This document shows, in pieces, positions 22,917 through 35,132 of a stretch of 64,000 bases of DNA. Each line of letters begins with the position of its first letter. The first letter of the stretch is position 1. The position numbers and the translations under genes were made by a program. The notes below the pieces were generated by a model that was given only the letters and a program-made list of their open reading frames with translations, made no database searches and was not told where the DNA came from. Source of the DNA: Eledone cirrhosa (Eukaryota); assembly GCA_964016885.1 (NCBI GenBank), contig OZ024747.1, forward strand, positions 44,392,001 to 44,456,000. Direction: 5' to 3'.

Positions 22917-24160
22917 TCATCATCATCATCATCATCGTTTAACGTCCATGTTCCACGCTTGCATGGGTTTGGATGGGAGTTTTCCCACTTGAGGCAAGAG
23001 TGGTTGTCTTGCTCGCATAGGACTGTCTGGAGAGTTTTCTACAGCTGGATGCCCTTCCTAACACCAACCACATTTACAGTGTGGGACTGGGAGGTTTTTA
23101 CCGTGTTGCCTACACGGTCACATTACAGCGTGGACTGTGTGTTTTTTTTGTCGTGACACCTACACGATCTCATTTGTTTCGGCCTGGATGTTGTGGCACC
23201 AACATAACTTTACATTGAAAGGGGCGGTGTGGATGGGGTGGGGGTGGTGGGACGGGGGTGTATTTTGTTAGAGATGCCTACTGACTGTAGTAGGTTTTAC
23301 TTTGTATTTAGGTAAGGCGGGTCTTCTCTATTACTGAGTACCGCCAAAGATATCGGTCCAGTGACATTGTCTTGGAGAGGTGTAAGTGTGTGAGGTCGGA
23401 ATTTATCAGGTCGTCCCAGGTTTTTCTGGGTCTGCCTACTCCGTGGCTACCGTCTATCTTTATTGCCCTGCACTTTTTTATACAGCTGTCGTCTTTCATG
23501 CGCATCACGTGATCATACCAACGTAGCCTTCTCTCGAGTAAACAACATCTGATCTCACTTATTTCTAATTTTTCCCTTAGTTCGTTTATGCTTTGCCGTT
23601 CATGTATATTACTATTACACATCCAGCAGAGCATGCAAGCTTCGTTCCTCTCTAGTCTGCGTATATCCTCTGCACACAATGCCCAGGTCTCACTGCCATG
23701 CAACATTGCTGTTCGTATGCAGGCATCATACAACCTGCCTTTCATTTTTAGGGAGAACCCTTTAGCGGCTAATAGTAGTATAAGCTCTCTGAACTTTTTC
23801 CATCCAGTTCTGACTCTAGCTACTGTACTTTCAGAGCACCCTCCCCCACTGCTGATTTTGTCACCCAGGTAACGGAAGCTGTCCACTATTTCTATAGAAC
23901 CCTCTGCGCAATTGAAAGAGCTAGTATTTTGTGGGAACTTGCTGCTACTTATTGCACCAGAGCACTGGCCACATGTAAAATCTATGTTCTTAGTTAGCTT
24001 ACCTGTGATCCCACTACATCTTTTATGCACCCATACTTTGCATTTGGGACATAAAATGGAGTTTCTACCTACGCCCTTCCTACACACTGATCATGGCCAT
24101 TTCCCGGAAGGGACCGGCGCCATATTTTCTTTCCTACAAACTAGAACTTTAGTCTTAGCC
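22917..24160 (-). mobile_element. 5'-truncated RTE LINE (sister subfamily of the intact element)
   Basis: ORF 23308-24087 aligns by eye to the PHD-like finger, FRYLG and C-terminus of the 1039-aa ORF. 3' UTR and (GAT)n tail at 22917-37. 5' end abuts (TA)n. Confidence 0.92.
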
Positions 24161-24180
24161 ATATATATATATATATAAGT

Positions 24181-24604
24181 ATTGGGCTTGCAATCGAAAG
24201 TTGTGTGTTCAATTCTCAGACCGGGTGATGTGTTACTTCCTTAACCAAGAAAGTTTATTTCACATTGCTCCAGTTTACTCAGCTGTAGAAATGAGATGAT
24301 AGGACTGGGGTCCCTATCATTCCACTGTAAAGTGGTCATGGAGGTGCCACGGCAAAAAAGCACTCAGCCCACACTGTAATGTGTACGTGTAGGCACCATG
24401 GCAAAAAAGCACCCAGCACTCACTGTAAATGAGGTTGGTGTTAGGAAGGGCATCCAGCTGTAAAAATCAAGCCAGAATGAGTTCCCGTATGAGCAAGACA
24501 AGGTCAGCTGATTGGACACTGCCCACAACAGGACAACCCATCTAACCCATGCTAGCATGGAAGAACAGACGTAAAACGGTGATGATGATGATGATGATGA
24601 TGAT
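24181..24604 (+). mobile_element. CORE-type SINE with about 270-nt RTE-derived tail
   Basis: Truncated tRNA head (GTGTTCAATTCTC), CORE-like region, tail matching 52651-52918, (GAT)n end. Confidence 0.85.
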
Positions 24605-24612
24605 ATGTATGG

Positions 24613-25085
24613 AAAAGGTAAACAGAAATAACAACACAATCGGTACAGTATATGGACGGATATATTAAGTTTTGGACGCTAGTCCTTCATCAGAAGAAAA
24701 AATGAGAAATAAAATTGATTAAGGGGACGGGCAGGTTGGAATTGGAAAAAATGTCTTTAGATAAAAATAACAGGTCCATTCATGTTGACATCTCTTGCAA
24801 AACTGTTGGTGCTGGCATTTTGTGTATGATTTATTTACACAAAACGCCAGCACCAACTGTTTTGCAAGAGATGTCAACATGAATGGACCTGTTATTTTTA
24901 TCTAAAGACATTTTTTCCAATTCCATCCCGCCCGTCCCCTCAATCTATTTTATTTCTCATTCTTTCTTCTGATGAAGGACTAGCGCCCGAAACGTTAAGA
25001 CCCTCTTCCTGTTATATCAAGCGTTCACCTAATATATACCTTCCATATACTGTACCGATTGTGTTGTTATTTCTGTTTACCTTTT
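24613..25085. repeat. Fold-back inverted repeat (about 215-bp left arm, about 9-nt loop) carrying hammerhead motifs
   Basis: AAAAGGTAAACAGAAATAACAACACAATCGGTACAG... / ...CTGTACCGATTGTGTTGTTATTTCTGTTTACCTTTT. Centre 24827-24835. Right arm has about 30 extra nt near 25000. Confidence 0.9.
24965..25000 (+). ncRNA. Minimal type I hammerhead ribozyme (Penelope-type, palindromic stem III)
   Basis: TCTT-CTGATGA-A-GGAC(TAGC)GCCC-GAAAC-GTT-AAGA. Stem III is the loopless palindrome ACGT. The mirror copy (24666-24697, minus) has a perfect GGAC/GTCC stem but GAAAC mutated to AAAAC. Confidence 0.7.
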
Positions 25086-26029
25086 ACATATATATATATA
25101 TCAACACTTACGTGGACCTCTCAAAATTCGTTGGATTTTCTGATTGGACTTTCACCTCGAAACTGGATACCAACCCGGAGTACACCTGAACTTCCACCAG
25201 GAAATCTTTCGTATCTTTGAAATTTCCTTTGCTTCTTATATATATATATATATATATACACTCTTGTAACAATTCTCCTGTCCCATATCGGTATGTAGAT
25301 ATTTTGTTTTGTTCTCTTGTCCAATTTCCGCTATGTTTTCATCCCAGATAGCTGTCTTCCTTTAGATACTATTGATGCACTCAAAGGAATAGTCCTATCT
25401 TTTTGAAGCATCTGAAGCTAAAATGGTCCCCAGAAGACAGCTGATGAGAGGGAATTGTCCTTGTGCTTTTTGTCTCTTCTAGGTTTTCTGTTTCCTTTAT
25501 ATATACATATATGTAATACCTAATGAGAACTTCAGAAAGCTGGTCCAATGTGGTAGAAATATATAAATGGCAAAAGATGACAAATAAAATAAACAAATTA
25601 ATATCTTTTACCCAGTATATTTCATTGTGAAATTTCAAGGTTAGAATGCTCTTTTCAAATGCAAAACAAAACAATACGTTCTTCCTTCACTGGTTCACAA
25701 TATGATAAAATATACTGGGTAAAAACCATTATTTTGTTTTATTTTATATGTCATCCTTTGCCTTTTATATATTTCTACAACACTGTATCGGATTTCTGAA
25801 GTTTCTTTTATTACATATATCACAATGCTTCATATTAACTATATGTAGAAATCAAGCCAAAATAAGTTCTGTATGAGCAAGACATGGTCACCTGACCTGG
25901 CATTTCCCACAATAGGACAACGCCTCTAACCATGCTAGCGTGGAAGAATGGACATAAAACAATGATGATGATGATAAAATAGAGTGGAGACCCTTAAAGA
26001 CAGAAAAAGAAGTTACATCGGCCGTTACA

Positions 26030-26117
26030 CATATTTGTGTTTGTATATATATATGTGTATCTATACATATATATATATATGTATGCATATATATATGTGT
26101 ATGTATACATATATATA

Positions 26118-26162
<45 letters not shown>

Positions 26163-26264
26163 ATGTATACATATATATGTATGTGTGTATATATATATAC
26201 ACATACATATATATATATTTGTATGTGTATATATATATATATATACACATACATATATACACAT

Positions 26265-26303
<39 letters not shown>

Positions 26304-26448
26304 TATATATATGTATACATATATATATGTATATGTATGTATACATATATATATGTATACATATATATATGTATGTATACATATATATATGTATACATAT
26401 ATATATATGTATACATATATATATATCTATGTGTGTATATATATGTAT
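26030..26448. repeat. Complex (TA/CA/TG)n microsatellite
   Basis: Direct reading; source of the YI-repeat ORFs. Confidence 0.95.
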
Positions 26449-26727
26449 AAAAGAGAAAACACAGGTAAGCATTAAAAAAAGAATAGCAAATAGCGATAAT
26501 AGCTGTTATTCACCTCCACATTTTCAAAATAATATTATTTATATTATTTATATTATTTATATTATTTATATTATTTATATTATTTTGAAAATTTGGAGGT
26601 GAATAAAAGTTATTATCGAGTGGCTGCTATTTGCAGTACAGCGATATAAGGTTGCGCTTACCAATGAAACGGTCGTAAATACCTGGAGAAAATCCTTTTT
26701 TTAATGCTTACCTGTGTTTTCTCTTTT
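26449..26727. repeat. Nested inverted repeats in a (TA)n-embedded element
   Basis: AAAAGAGAAAACACAGGTAAGCATTAAAAAAA / TTTTTTAATGCTTACCTGTGTTTTCTCTTTT outer arms. Inner TTATTCACCTCCA..TTTTCAAAATAATA / TATTATTTTGAAAA..TGGAGGTGAATAA around a 9-bp repeat. Confidence 0.8.
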
Positions 26728-27067
26728 ATTGTTTATACTCCAAGATTGAACGGGATTTACTAACCAGATTCTTGCAAACTTGTAGAGTTACCCCTAACCG
26801 TACGTTGGAAACCGTCCAAGAAACTGGCTATCTTAACCTCGAACTGGATTACAATAAGCAATTTTCTGCTTTCCTAACTATATATATGCATATATACATA
26901 TATATATGTATACATATATATGTATGTATACATATATATATATATGTACGTATACATATATATATATATGTATACATATATGTATGTGTATATATATACA
27001 TGTATACATGTTTGTATGGATATATATATATACATTAGTCTTCACATTCATTTATTATTACTATATA

Positions 27068-27109
<42 letters not shown>

Positions 27110-27316
27110 CATATACATGTATGTGTTTGTGTGTATATATATATATATATATATGAAAAGAGTCAGGACGCCGACGGCTGAGCTCCGGCTGTTTTGACAG
27201 CTAGATCCTAAGTATCGAGTACTCTGGTGCATTATGGTCCACTTGGTATCTTTCCACATTTTCTTTGTTATATATATATATTTATATATATACATATATA
27301 AACATATATGTATATA

Positions 27317-27367
<51 letters not shown>

Positions 27368-28147
27368 CTAAAATTCTGTCTTGGAGTTTTACAGTAAAAA
27401 AAAGTACTTTTCACTTGGGATACACTGCTATTTAATAACAATAAAAAATAATGTTTCTATAATAACAACAACAACAATAACAACAATAACAAAGGAAAAG
27501 AATAACGAAAAGTGAAATCAATTAAAAGGAAAGATTAATTTTGATATCACAATATTATAATTATATCATCATCCCACATAAATAATAAAATAAAATATAT
27601 AATAGTGTCTCTGATGCCTGACAATAGGGGGGAAGATGGAAGGGAATAGCAATATAATGGAGGAATGCATATAAAGGCTATTTATACAATCTTTAAAATA
27701 ACAATTTTCTGAGAACTATAAATATTTCTGAATGCTGACTTCTTGAAAAATTTCTATTTCACCAATTCCATAAATATTTATCAATCAGAATTGGTCCTAT
27801 AGTCTGGTAGAAATAACTGCTCTGTTGAACTGGAGGTCAGAGAACTATTAATAGGTTATCATCTTCACAGTAGCCAGACAGTGGACATTCCAAGTGTAGA
27901 AAGAAAATGACCCAATTCTGAATGACAAAAGCTATTTCTAGGCAAAAGATAGCTATACTGATTGATGCTAGACTATAATATAAGCTAAAACCAATACTTG
28001 CGCTGTAATGATCATCTTGAAAAATATTTGGTGATTACAAAAATGACTTCAGTGTAATGCTGTTATTTTGTTAATTAGTCCATTAGTTATAATGGAGAAA
28101 TTAAAGCTTGAAAGTGCAATACTCTATTTTTGGTACAATAATTAGGT

Positions 28148-28171
28148 AGAAAGAGAGAGAGAGAGAAAGAG

Positions 28172-28260
<89 letters not shown>

Positions 28261-28446
28261 AAGGAGGGGAAGGAAAGAGAATAGAGCCATGAAAGTAAGA
28301 GAAAAATAAACATGTCAAAGGAAGAAGAGAGGGAGATAAAGAGAAAGGTAGAAGTGACAGAGCAAAAAAGGGAAAAAATTAATGTTTCATAATTAAGATT
28401 TTATTCTAAAAGTGATATTGAATTATCCTTATAGATGATGATGATA

Positions 28447-28478
<32 letters not shown>

Positions 28479-28680
28479 GGTGGTGGTGGTGGTGGTGGTG
28501 GTGGTGGTGGTGGTGGTGGTGATGATGGTGATGGTGGTGGTGTTGGTGGTGATGGTGGTGGTGGTGGTGGTGATGATGATGATGGTGGTGGTGGTGGTGG
28601 TGGTGATGGTTGTGGTGGTGTTGGTGGTGGTGTTGGTGGTGGTGATGGTGGTGGTGGCAGCGGCAGTGGTGGTGGTTTCA
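28148..28680. repeat. (GA)n and (GGT/GAT)n microsatellites
   Basis: (GA)n 28148-28260; (GGT)n 28435-28677. Confidence 0.95.
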
Positions 28681-28699
28681 TTTATTGACCCCAGATAAT

Positions 28700-30120
28700 A
28701 ATAACAATATTATCATTATTACTTTGATATCTCAGTTTTTATTTAACTGGAAAATGTGCCCTAATGAACATCAAGCCTTTACTTGCAGATATTCAGGACA
28801 TATCAGAGGGTCCTTGCTGTTAACAGTAGGCATGCCTTCTGGAGTGTTTCAAAAAAGGGGGCTGAGTTAATGTTCTTTAACCAGTCTTGGAAGTTCTTTG
28901 AGATAGTACCTAATACTCCTATGATAGGAACGACCTTGATCTCATGACAGTTCCAAATACTTTTCAGTTCCCACTTTAAATCCTCGTACCAGTTAATTTT
29001 CTCCTTTTCCTACACTCTTGTGTCAAAGGGACAAGCTACATCTATAATCAAGCAAAATCTTTTTTCCTTGTAAAAAAACCCCACCAAGTTAGGCCCATTC
29101 TTTGTCCGTTTGTATCCTGAAAACCCCCAGCACCTTCACATGGTCATTTTCTATCAACGACTCTGGCTTATGCTCATACCATTTCTCAGAATGAGGTAAC
29201 TTGTTCAGTTTGCATAAATGCCAGTGAATTACTTTTCCTATGATATCATGCCTCCATCCTTTATAGTGAGTCTGAGCTAGGCGTTTACACTCGGATACGA
29301 TGTGAGCCACAGTTTCCTCTCTCTCTCCACAAATCATACAGAGTGGGCTAGCCTCCTCCTTGACAATATGGTGTTTCATTCACTCCGTTCTTGTGCAGCA
29401 AGTAGCATTCTCTATGTGGCTTTCTTAAGGTTCCCTTTCTTTAACCAGTCTATGTCTGTGGATCTCTGAATTCTGTTTTCTTTAAAAAAATGCTATGAAG
29501 GGCCTTTTCATTCAGGTTGTCTTTGCTCTTTGTTGTTACATCTTTCTTGGACATCCACTGGTCTATTGTCTCCTCCTTCAATACAGCCTTACACATTGGC
29601 TCGTTACTCCCAGACATATATTTGTGTAGATAGCTCTTCTCCATCTGAACACAGTCCTCAATGCTAATTAGACCTCTTCTACCTTCAGATCTCTTTAAGT
29701 ACAGTCTATCAATATCACCCTACTTATGAAACATACTGTAGATGGTCATTAATTTCCTTATCATTCAATCCAGTTCTTTTTGCTTGCTTACATTCCATTT
29801 AAGAATTCCTACACTGTACCTAATAATAGACAGAGCTCAGGAATTTACTACACTTATGGCATTTCTACAATTCAGCTGTTATATTTTTAGCCCAATATCC
29901 TTGCACACCATCTGAGCCAGTTGGTTAATTTATTGGCCTGCTTTTTAAAGGGTTTCAACCGAGATACTTAAATCAGGTTGTTGTTGTGCTTATTCATTAA
30001 CCTCAATCCACTCTGCCCAACTATAATGCTCAACATCCTGCTCCAATATCCCTCTCCAAAATGTGTCAGTTCGTTCAACATTGTTGATTCTTTCTTTCCT
30101 TTCAAGCTGTGCAAATATTA
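28700..30120 (-). mobile_element. Degenerate RLE-type non-LTR retrotransposon (R4/Dong-like)
   Basis: Translation CMICGEREETVAHIVSEC (CCHC knuckle), YKGWRHD, IHWHLCK, WYEHKPESLIEND, IQTDK, then IIDVACPFD-like sequence: the RLE region typical of R4/Dong-clade elements. Frameshifted. 3' end adjoins a TAA-rich tract. Confidence 0.8.
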
Positions 30121-30127
30121 CTATATG

Positions 30128-30305
30128 AAGGCAATAGATTGAGAGAATCAGTAGAGCGTCGGACAAAATGCTTTGCAGTATTTAGTTATTGCCCTTTATG
30201 TTCTGAGTTCAAATTCCATCAAGGTTAGCTTTGCCTTTCATCCTTACAGGGTTGATAAAATAAAGTACCAGTGATGCACTGGGGTTGATTTAGTTGACTT
30301 TCCCC
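30128..30305 (+). mobile_element. Meta/MESC-type SINE
   Basis: CTGAGTTCAAATTCC B-box followed by GCCTTTCATCCTTACAGGGTTGATAAAATAAAGTACCAG. Confidence 0.75.
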
Positions 30306-31795
30306 ACCCCTCATCAGTATTAACAGTTGAAGACTATCAAAATATACATTAAAACTAAATCAACATTTAAATTAAGTATATTATTTAAAAATATGATCCA
30401 ATTTAAGAACCATTGGTTTTGCCCCAGAGACTGTCTTACTAGACTGGAATACTTGCTATTTAACATCTTGGAGAAGGGAATAAGTTTTATTGGTTAGAAA
30501 TCCCATCCATTTTCAACACCTAATTTGAGGGTTTTTTGCAATACCATGGCTGATGATGCATGGTGGACAGTGCGTAGTGCACAGGTTTAATTCACCAATA
30601 CAGTGCATCTCTTTAGAGATTTCTGGACATTGAGCAAATACAATTATTCTTTGTCAGACAAGCTTCTCTCTTAGAGTGAGCTGTTGATATGAATTCAGTG
30701 TAACTTAGGAAACATTCACTGGGTATATGGAGATAAATTCACACATCATTCTAAAAGCACTATAAAGAGTTAGTTAATGACATGATCAATGATATCATGG
30801 GGGAGGGGAGGTACTCTGAGAGTCAGTGAGAATGCTTTAAACACTTTTTCTGAAAGCTTTTTAGATTAGGTTTCATACATGTCTGGCAATTGACTTGATC
30901 TGAGACTGTTGAAACTAAAACAAATACTGCACGGAAGAGTCAATTAACCATTTAAAAATACACTAAAACTGTTAAATTTACTTTATATTTGTCACCTATT
31001 TCTTAGTGTCAAAATGTTCATTGCAATGAAACATTGTCAGTGATCAGGTCGCAGACAGTAAGATGAAAATTTTGACACCAAAAATAATTGATAAAATTTA
31101 AAATAAACACTTTTTGTGTGTGTATTAAATGGCTAAAATAACTCTTCCATACATTAATTCTTTCAGATTAGTAATTATGAATAATTCTACAAAAGTCTTT
31201 GTTTGGACTTAATAGTATGGCTGGGAGGTACTGTTAGATAGGAATAAATTCTACAAGCATGGCAGCACAATAAGCCAGACATATCCAAAATGCAAGAGCT
31301 TCTACAAAACTATTCGTCACACCATTATCCAGATTCTAATGTGTGAATTATGTTGAAAGGCTGTTTTTGCATATCATGTAGTGTTGGCTGTCTAACAAGT
31401 CCATAGTCATGATCAGCTCACTACATTCTTTTGACTAGGAGGGCCAGGAAAATTTAAGGTTTCTTGGGTACATTGAAAGCAGAGCAGAAGTATAGTAGAG
31501 AAGAGCTGATGAAAGGGGTTTTCCATTGGGTTTATGTTTTTTTTAAAAGTAGCAGAAACAATTTTTTCTATTACAGATTTTTGAAAGTAAGTTATTTTGA
31601 ATGCAAAAAATAATCTAATTGGTTGAATGAGCAAATATACAGTTATTTAGGAGAAGATTAGACGATTCATAACTGGGGGGTTCCCTCTGGTATTATTACT
31701 AATTCAAGCGCAAAATACTATTTGAAGAGAGGAGAGAAAATTGTCATGTTCTGTTCAGATTTCATGTTACTACAGCTGGTATACTATTAGGGCAT

Positions 31796-32145
31796 TTAAG
31801 AAGATATTTGTGCATATGAGGGTACAAAGAAATTAATTCTGTGTCTGATCAATGCTTTGGTTTGTTGTTTGAGGAATGATATTCTTTCTAAGGTACAAAT
31901 GCCACAGCAAGAATTTAACCTTGTATATGTTGAGGATTTATATAGGAGAGGCCATTTAATATTGAGTATATTGCAACTTTTCATAAACCGTATGTGCATT
32001 GCTAGTGTTTTCCAATCTTCTTCACTAATTTCTAACTGTTGATAGAGTATTTTCTTGAACTGATTAACAGTCATTCTTATATAGTCAATACCATTTTGGT
32101 TAATGTTAGATATAAGAGTACTGCATATATATCTGATTATTTGAG
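31796..32145 (-). pseudogene. Degenerate GIY-YIG endonuclease of a Penelope-like element
   Basis: IRYICS...YIRMTVNQFKK...TLAMHIRFMK...NIKWPLLYKSSTY...CGICTLERISFLK follows the Penelope-like pattern IY..YIGxT..FKxR..TxLxxHI..IKW.IL..Y..CxxCxxE. YIG glycine and catalytic Arg appear mutated. Confidence 0.6.
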
Positions 32146-32293
32146 GCAGCAACCAGGCTGGGACATGTTTTGAGAGTAGCAATTGTATTTCTAAATTCTG
32201 TTGCTGTCTGTTTTTTTATACATATATGAGTAAATGTAAACATGTTTAAGTGTTGTTGAAAAGTATGTATAAACCTATATATGTGTATATCTA

Positions 32294-32347
<54 letters not shown>

Positions 32348-32507
32348 TATATCTGAGTATGGCTTGACACCAGGAAAGGCCTCCAGTCATAAAATACTAC
32401 ATCAAAAAGCTTAGTCTAACTCATGCCAGCATGAGTTAGACAAAAGTAAGTATAAAACTGACAAATTTCGATGTGATGATGATGATGATTGTGATATATA
32501 TATATAA

Positions 32508-32539
<32 letters not shown>

Positions 32540-33353
32540 ACAGACTTATACACATGTTTGAGTATTTGTATGTGTGTTTGTGTATCTGCATGTATATACC
32601 AGCTTGTATGTAAACCTTTCCATTGCTAGACATCACTAAATGTATCTATTACACAAAACAAATACATCACTACTGAAGAGAATTTCCAATTATATTTTAA
32701 TACCTTTTTTGTCCAATGTTGTTTTTCTTCATGTATATAAACTCTAACTTAACTATTGATTTTCATGCACAACAACACTGTGAATTACTTATTCTCTGCA
32801 TATTTCTATTTACTATTCCAGACAATGTACAGTCTTCTATATTTATTCCATCAGTGTTTCATCGCTACTTCAACAAATACAAAGATGGTTTTACTGCACT
32901 GATGAGGTGAAAATATGACTAAAATATGTCCAGATTTATCTCCCATACTTACATTAACCAATAATGTTTTTATATAAATGGGTAATTATATCTAGTAAGC
33001 TTCTGAAAGATCACCACTTTAAATTTTAACTCACATACTAACTTAACTTTCGTCAAATAAAAACCCTGATTGTATTGGTGTGGTTAAAGTTTTAGATTGA
33101 TTTGTTGAAAGTTAATGACATATACTTGTAGATACCTGTTCTGATTGACATATATTTTGGACAGAGGAATCGAGGCTATGTGGTAAAGGAGTTCACTCCA
33201 TAACCATGTTCTTCCAGATTTTAATTCTATTCTGCACAATCATGGGAAAAGTGTTTTTTTACTATAGTGTTGGGCTGGCCAATGCCTTGTGAATGTGAAA
33301 TTTAGTAGCCTTAAGTAAAGTGAACATCTGCAGAACATGGATGATGTAATACA

Positions 33354-34570
33354 CTAGCTGGCTTGTCCGGCTCGCACCCGGCTAGGTATATCAGCATTTT
33401 ATCTTTTCAGGATTCCCCCCTCCACTCCAGTGCAAAGATACTGCACGCCCTCTCAAGTCAGCGAGGGTAGAGGGGTGGGGGGTTAACGTGCTCTGATGTT
33501 GGGTTTGAATAGTTTTTAGGATTCCCCAGTTCAGCAGCCAGTATGTTAAAGAAAATTGATAGTTACAACAATATAGGCTGAACAGAGAACAACTTTTTTA
33601 ACAAACTTTACAATAATTTGTACAACCATAATGGAAATTCCAAGTAACAGAAAATACATAAATTACATTGTTAGAGCCTTAGAGTATACAATATTTTTTT
33701 GTTCAGTCCTCGGGAGCAAAGATGAAGAGATTGTTTGGCGAGCTCACCCTAGAGCATCCTACATACAATTGACTATGGGAGAAGCATGGTTTTCCCAGAT
33801 GAAGGCCAGCCACTTTTAGGGTTTGACCCTGAGCTTTGTTGATGGTAATCGCAAAGCTTAGTCTCTCTGTTGCTCTAGTAACATTTTTTCTTCTGGAAAA
33901 TCAGATCTTGCGGCCAGGCTGGGATATCGGCAGTAACAATGACGATAAACCGTCTGTGCTTTCGTGAAATAAATACGTTTGTTTATATTTTGTTTTTGTG
34001 TATGCAAAAATATCTGTACACGAATATATAATTATATATATATATATATATTAAAATAACAGATTAAAGTTTAAGCAAAGAATCGCTGCTTTCACCCTTA
34101 ACGGGATCTTCTGAAACTAAAAAAATCAATCTGTGAACGCAGAAGTAAATATTTCGAAAAACGTTGCAACCGAAGGAAAACAGGAAGACGATACTTTGGT
34201 TCATGAAGACAGACAGATATTATAAGCGTGCGATGTTATAGCTATGTACCTAATGTAGACAGCCAGACATACAGAGACATATTATAAGGGCGCGACATTA
34301 TAGCTATGTATCTATCTAAAAAGACAGACTAAGAAAGAGAGGGGAATGTCGTATAACTGGAAGTGGTGACATTTGAAAATTTTAAAGAAGTGAATATTTA
34401 AATAAACGATAAAATATCTTTAATCTTTTAACGAAATTTAAAAGACAAAAATACCCTCACTTTCTTACTTGGAAAAGGTTACATCTATGGTGCAAATTTG
34501 GTGCTGTTTGGTCCAGCCGTTTGGCGAAATGTTTGTTACATACATACAGCCGTCAGCTTTGTAATATAGA
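33354..34570 (-). mobile_element. Non-autonomous Helitron with a RepHel helicase remnant
   Basis: Minus strand starts A|TC (TCTATATTAC at 34570) and ends with hairpin CCGG-GTGCGAG-CCGG, about 9 nt, then CTAG|T (33354). No TSD. Confidence 0.85.
33663..33864 (-). pseudogene. Helitron PIF1-like helicase C-terminal fragment
   Basis: Hand translation RLSFAITINKAQGQTLKVAGLHLGKPCFSHSQLYVGCSRV...*TKNIVYSKAL matches helicase motifs V-VI of Helitron RepHel. One internal stop. Confidence 0.9.
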
Positions 34571-34874
34571 TAGTGTAGCAGGAATCGAACCGAGAGGTCA
34601 GCAGTTCATGTCCTATTTCCAGCATAGCATTGTTACTCATTATAGCATTCAGCTGTGAAAATGGTGCAGTTTACCTACCAGTAATTATGTATTGGGTCCT
34701 CTATTATAGGAAAAAAATTAAACCTAAGAGGAAAATGATGGCAAATATAATATGCAAGGAAATCATTGTGAATGTTTATGTCCCACAAGGTCAGCATGTT
34801 AGATTTGACATGACAGTTTTATCCATATCTGGAGTGCAAAGGTGATATCATGACCATGAGGCATAACACATTAA

Positions 34875-35132
34875 CCCTTTTTTATACCAACCTGTCTGAA
34901 ACCAATCTTGGTTTTACAATACAAAACTGTTTATTTTAAAGTGTTTATATCTATCTAATTAACTTCCATCATAATTCTATGTAAGAACCTTTGTCAAGTG
35001 ATGCTCCAAACACCAGATTAATACTGAAAAAAAATCAGTTATATTAATAAATTCCTCCAAATTCATGAATATTTTCAAAATTACTTGAAAATCATACACA
35101 GTAATTTCCATTAGAAATTTCATAACAAAGAG
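34875..35132. mobile_element. piggyBac-like MITE family A copy (reverse orientation)
   Basis: TTAA-CCCTTTT ... AAAGAG-TTAA. Confidence 0.6.

Noticed and set aside
25140-25470. CTGATTG..GAAAC (25140) and CTGATGA (25441) as hammerheads
   Set aside because: No consistent stems I-III; core incomplete.
26665-26822. GAAACGGTCGTA and GAAACCGTCCAAG as hammerhead 3' halves
   Set aside because: No recognisable CTGANGA at a suitable upstream position; at best heavily decayed.
25888-27295. YI/YT-repeat ORFs
   Set aside because: Dinucleotide microsatellite translations.
28406-28698. Poly-proline / poly-valine ORFs
   Set aside because: (GGT)n microsatellite.
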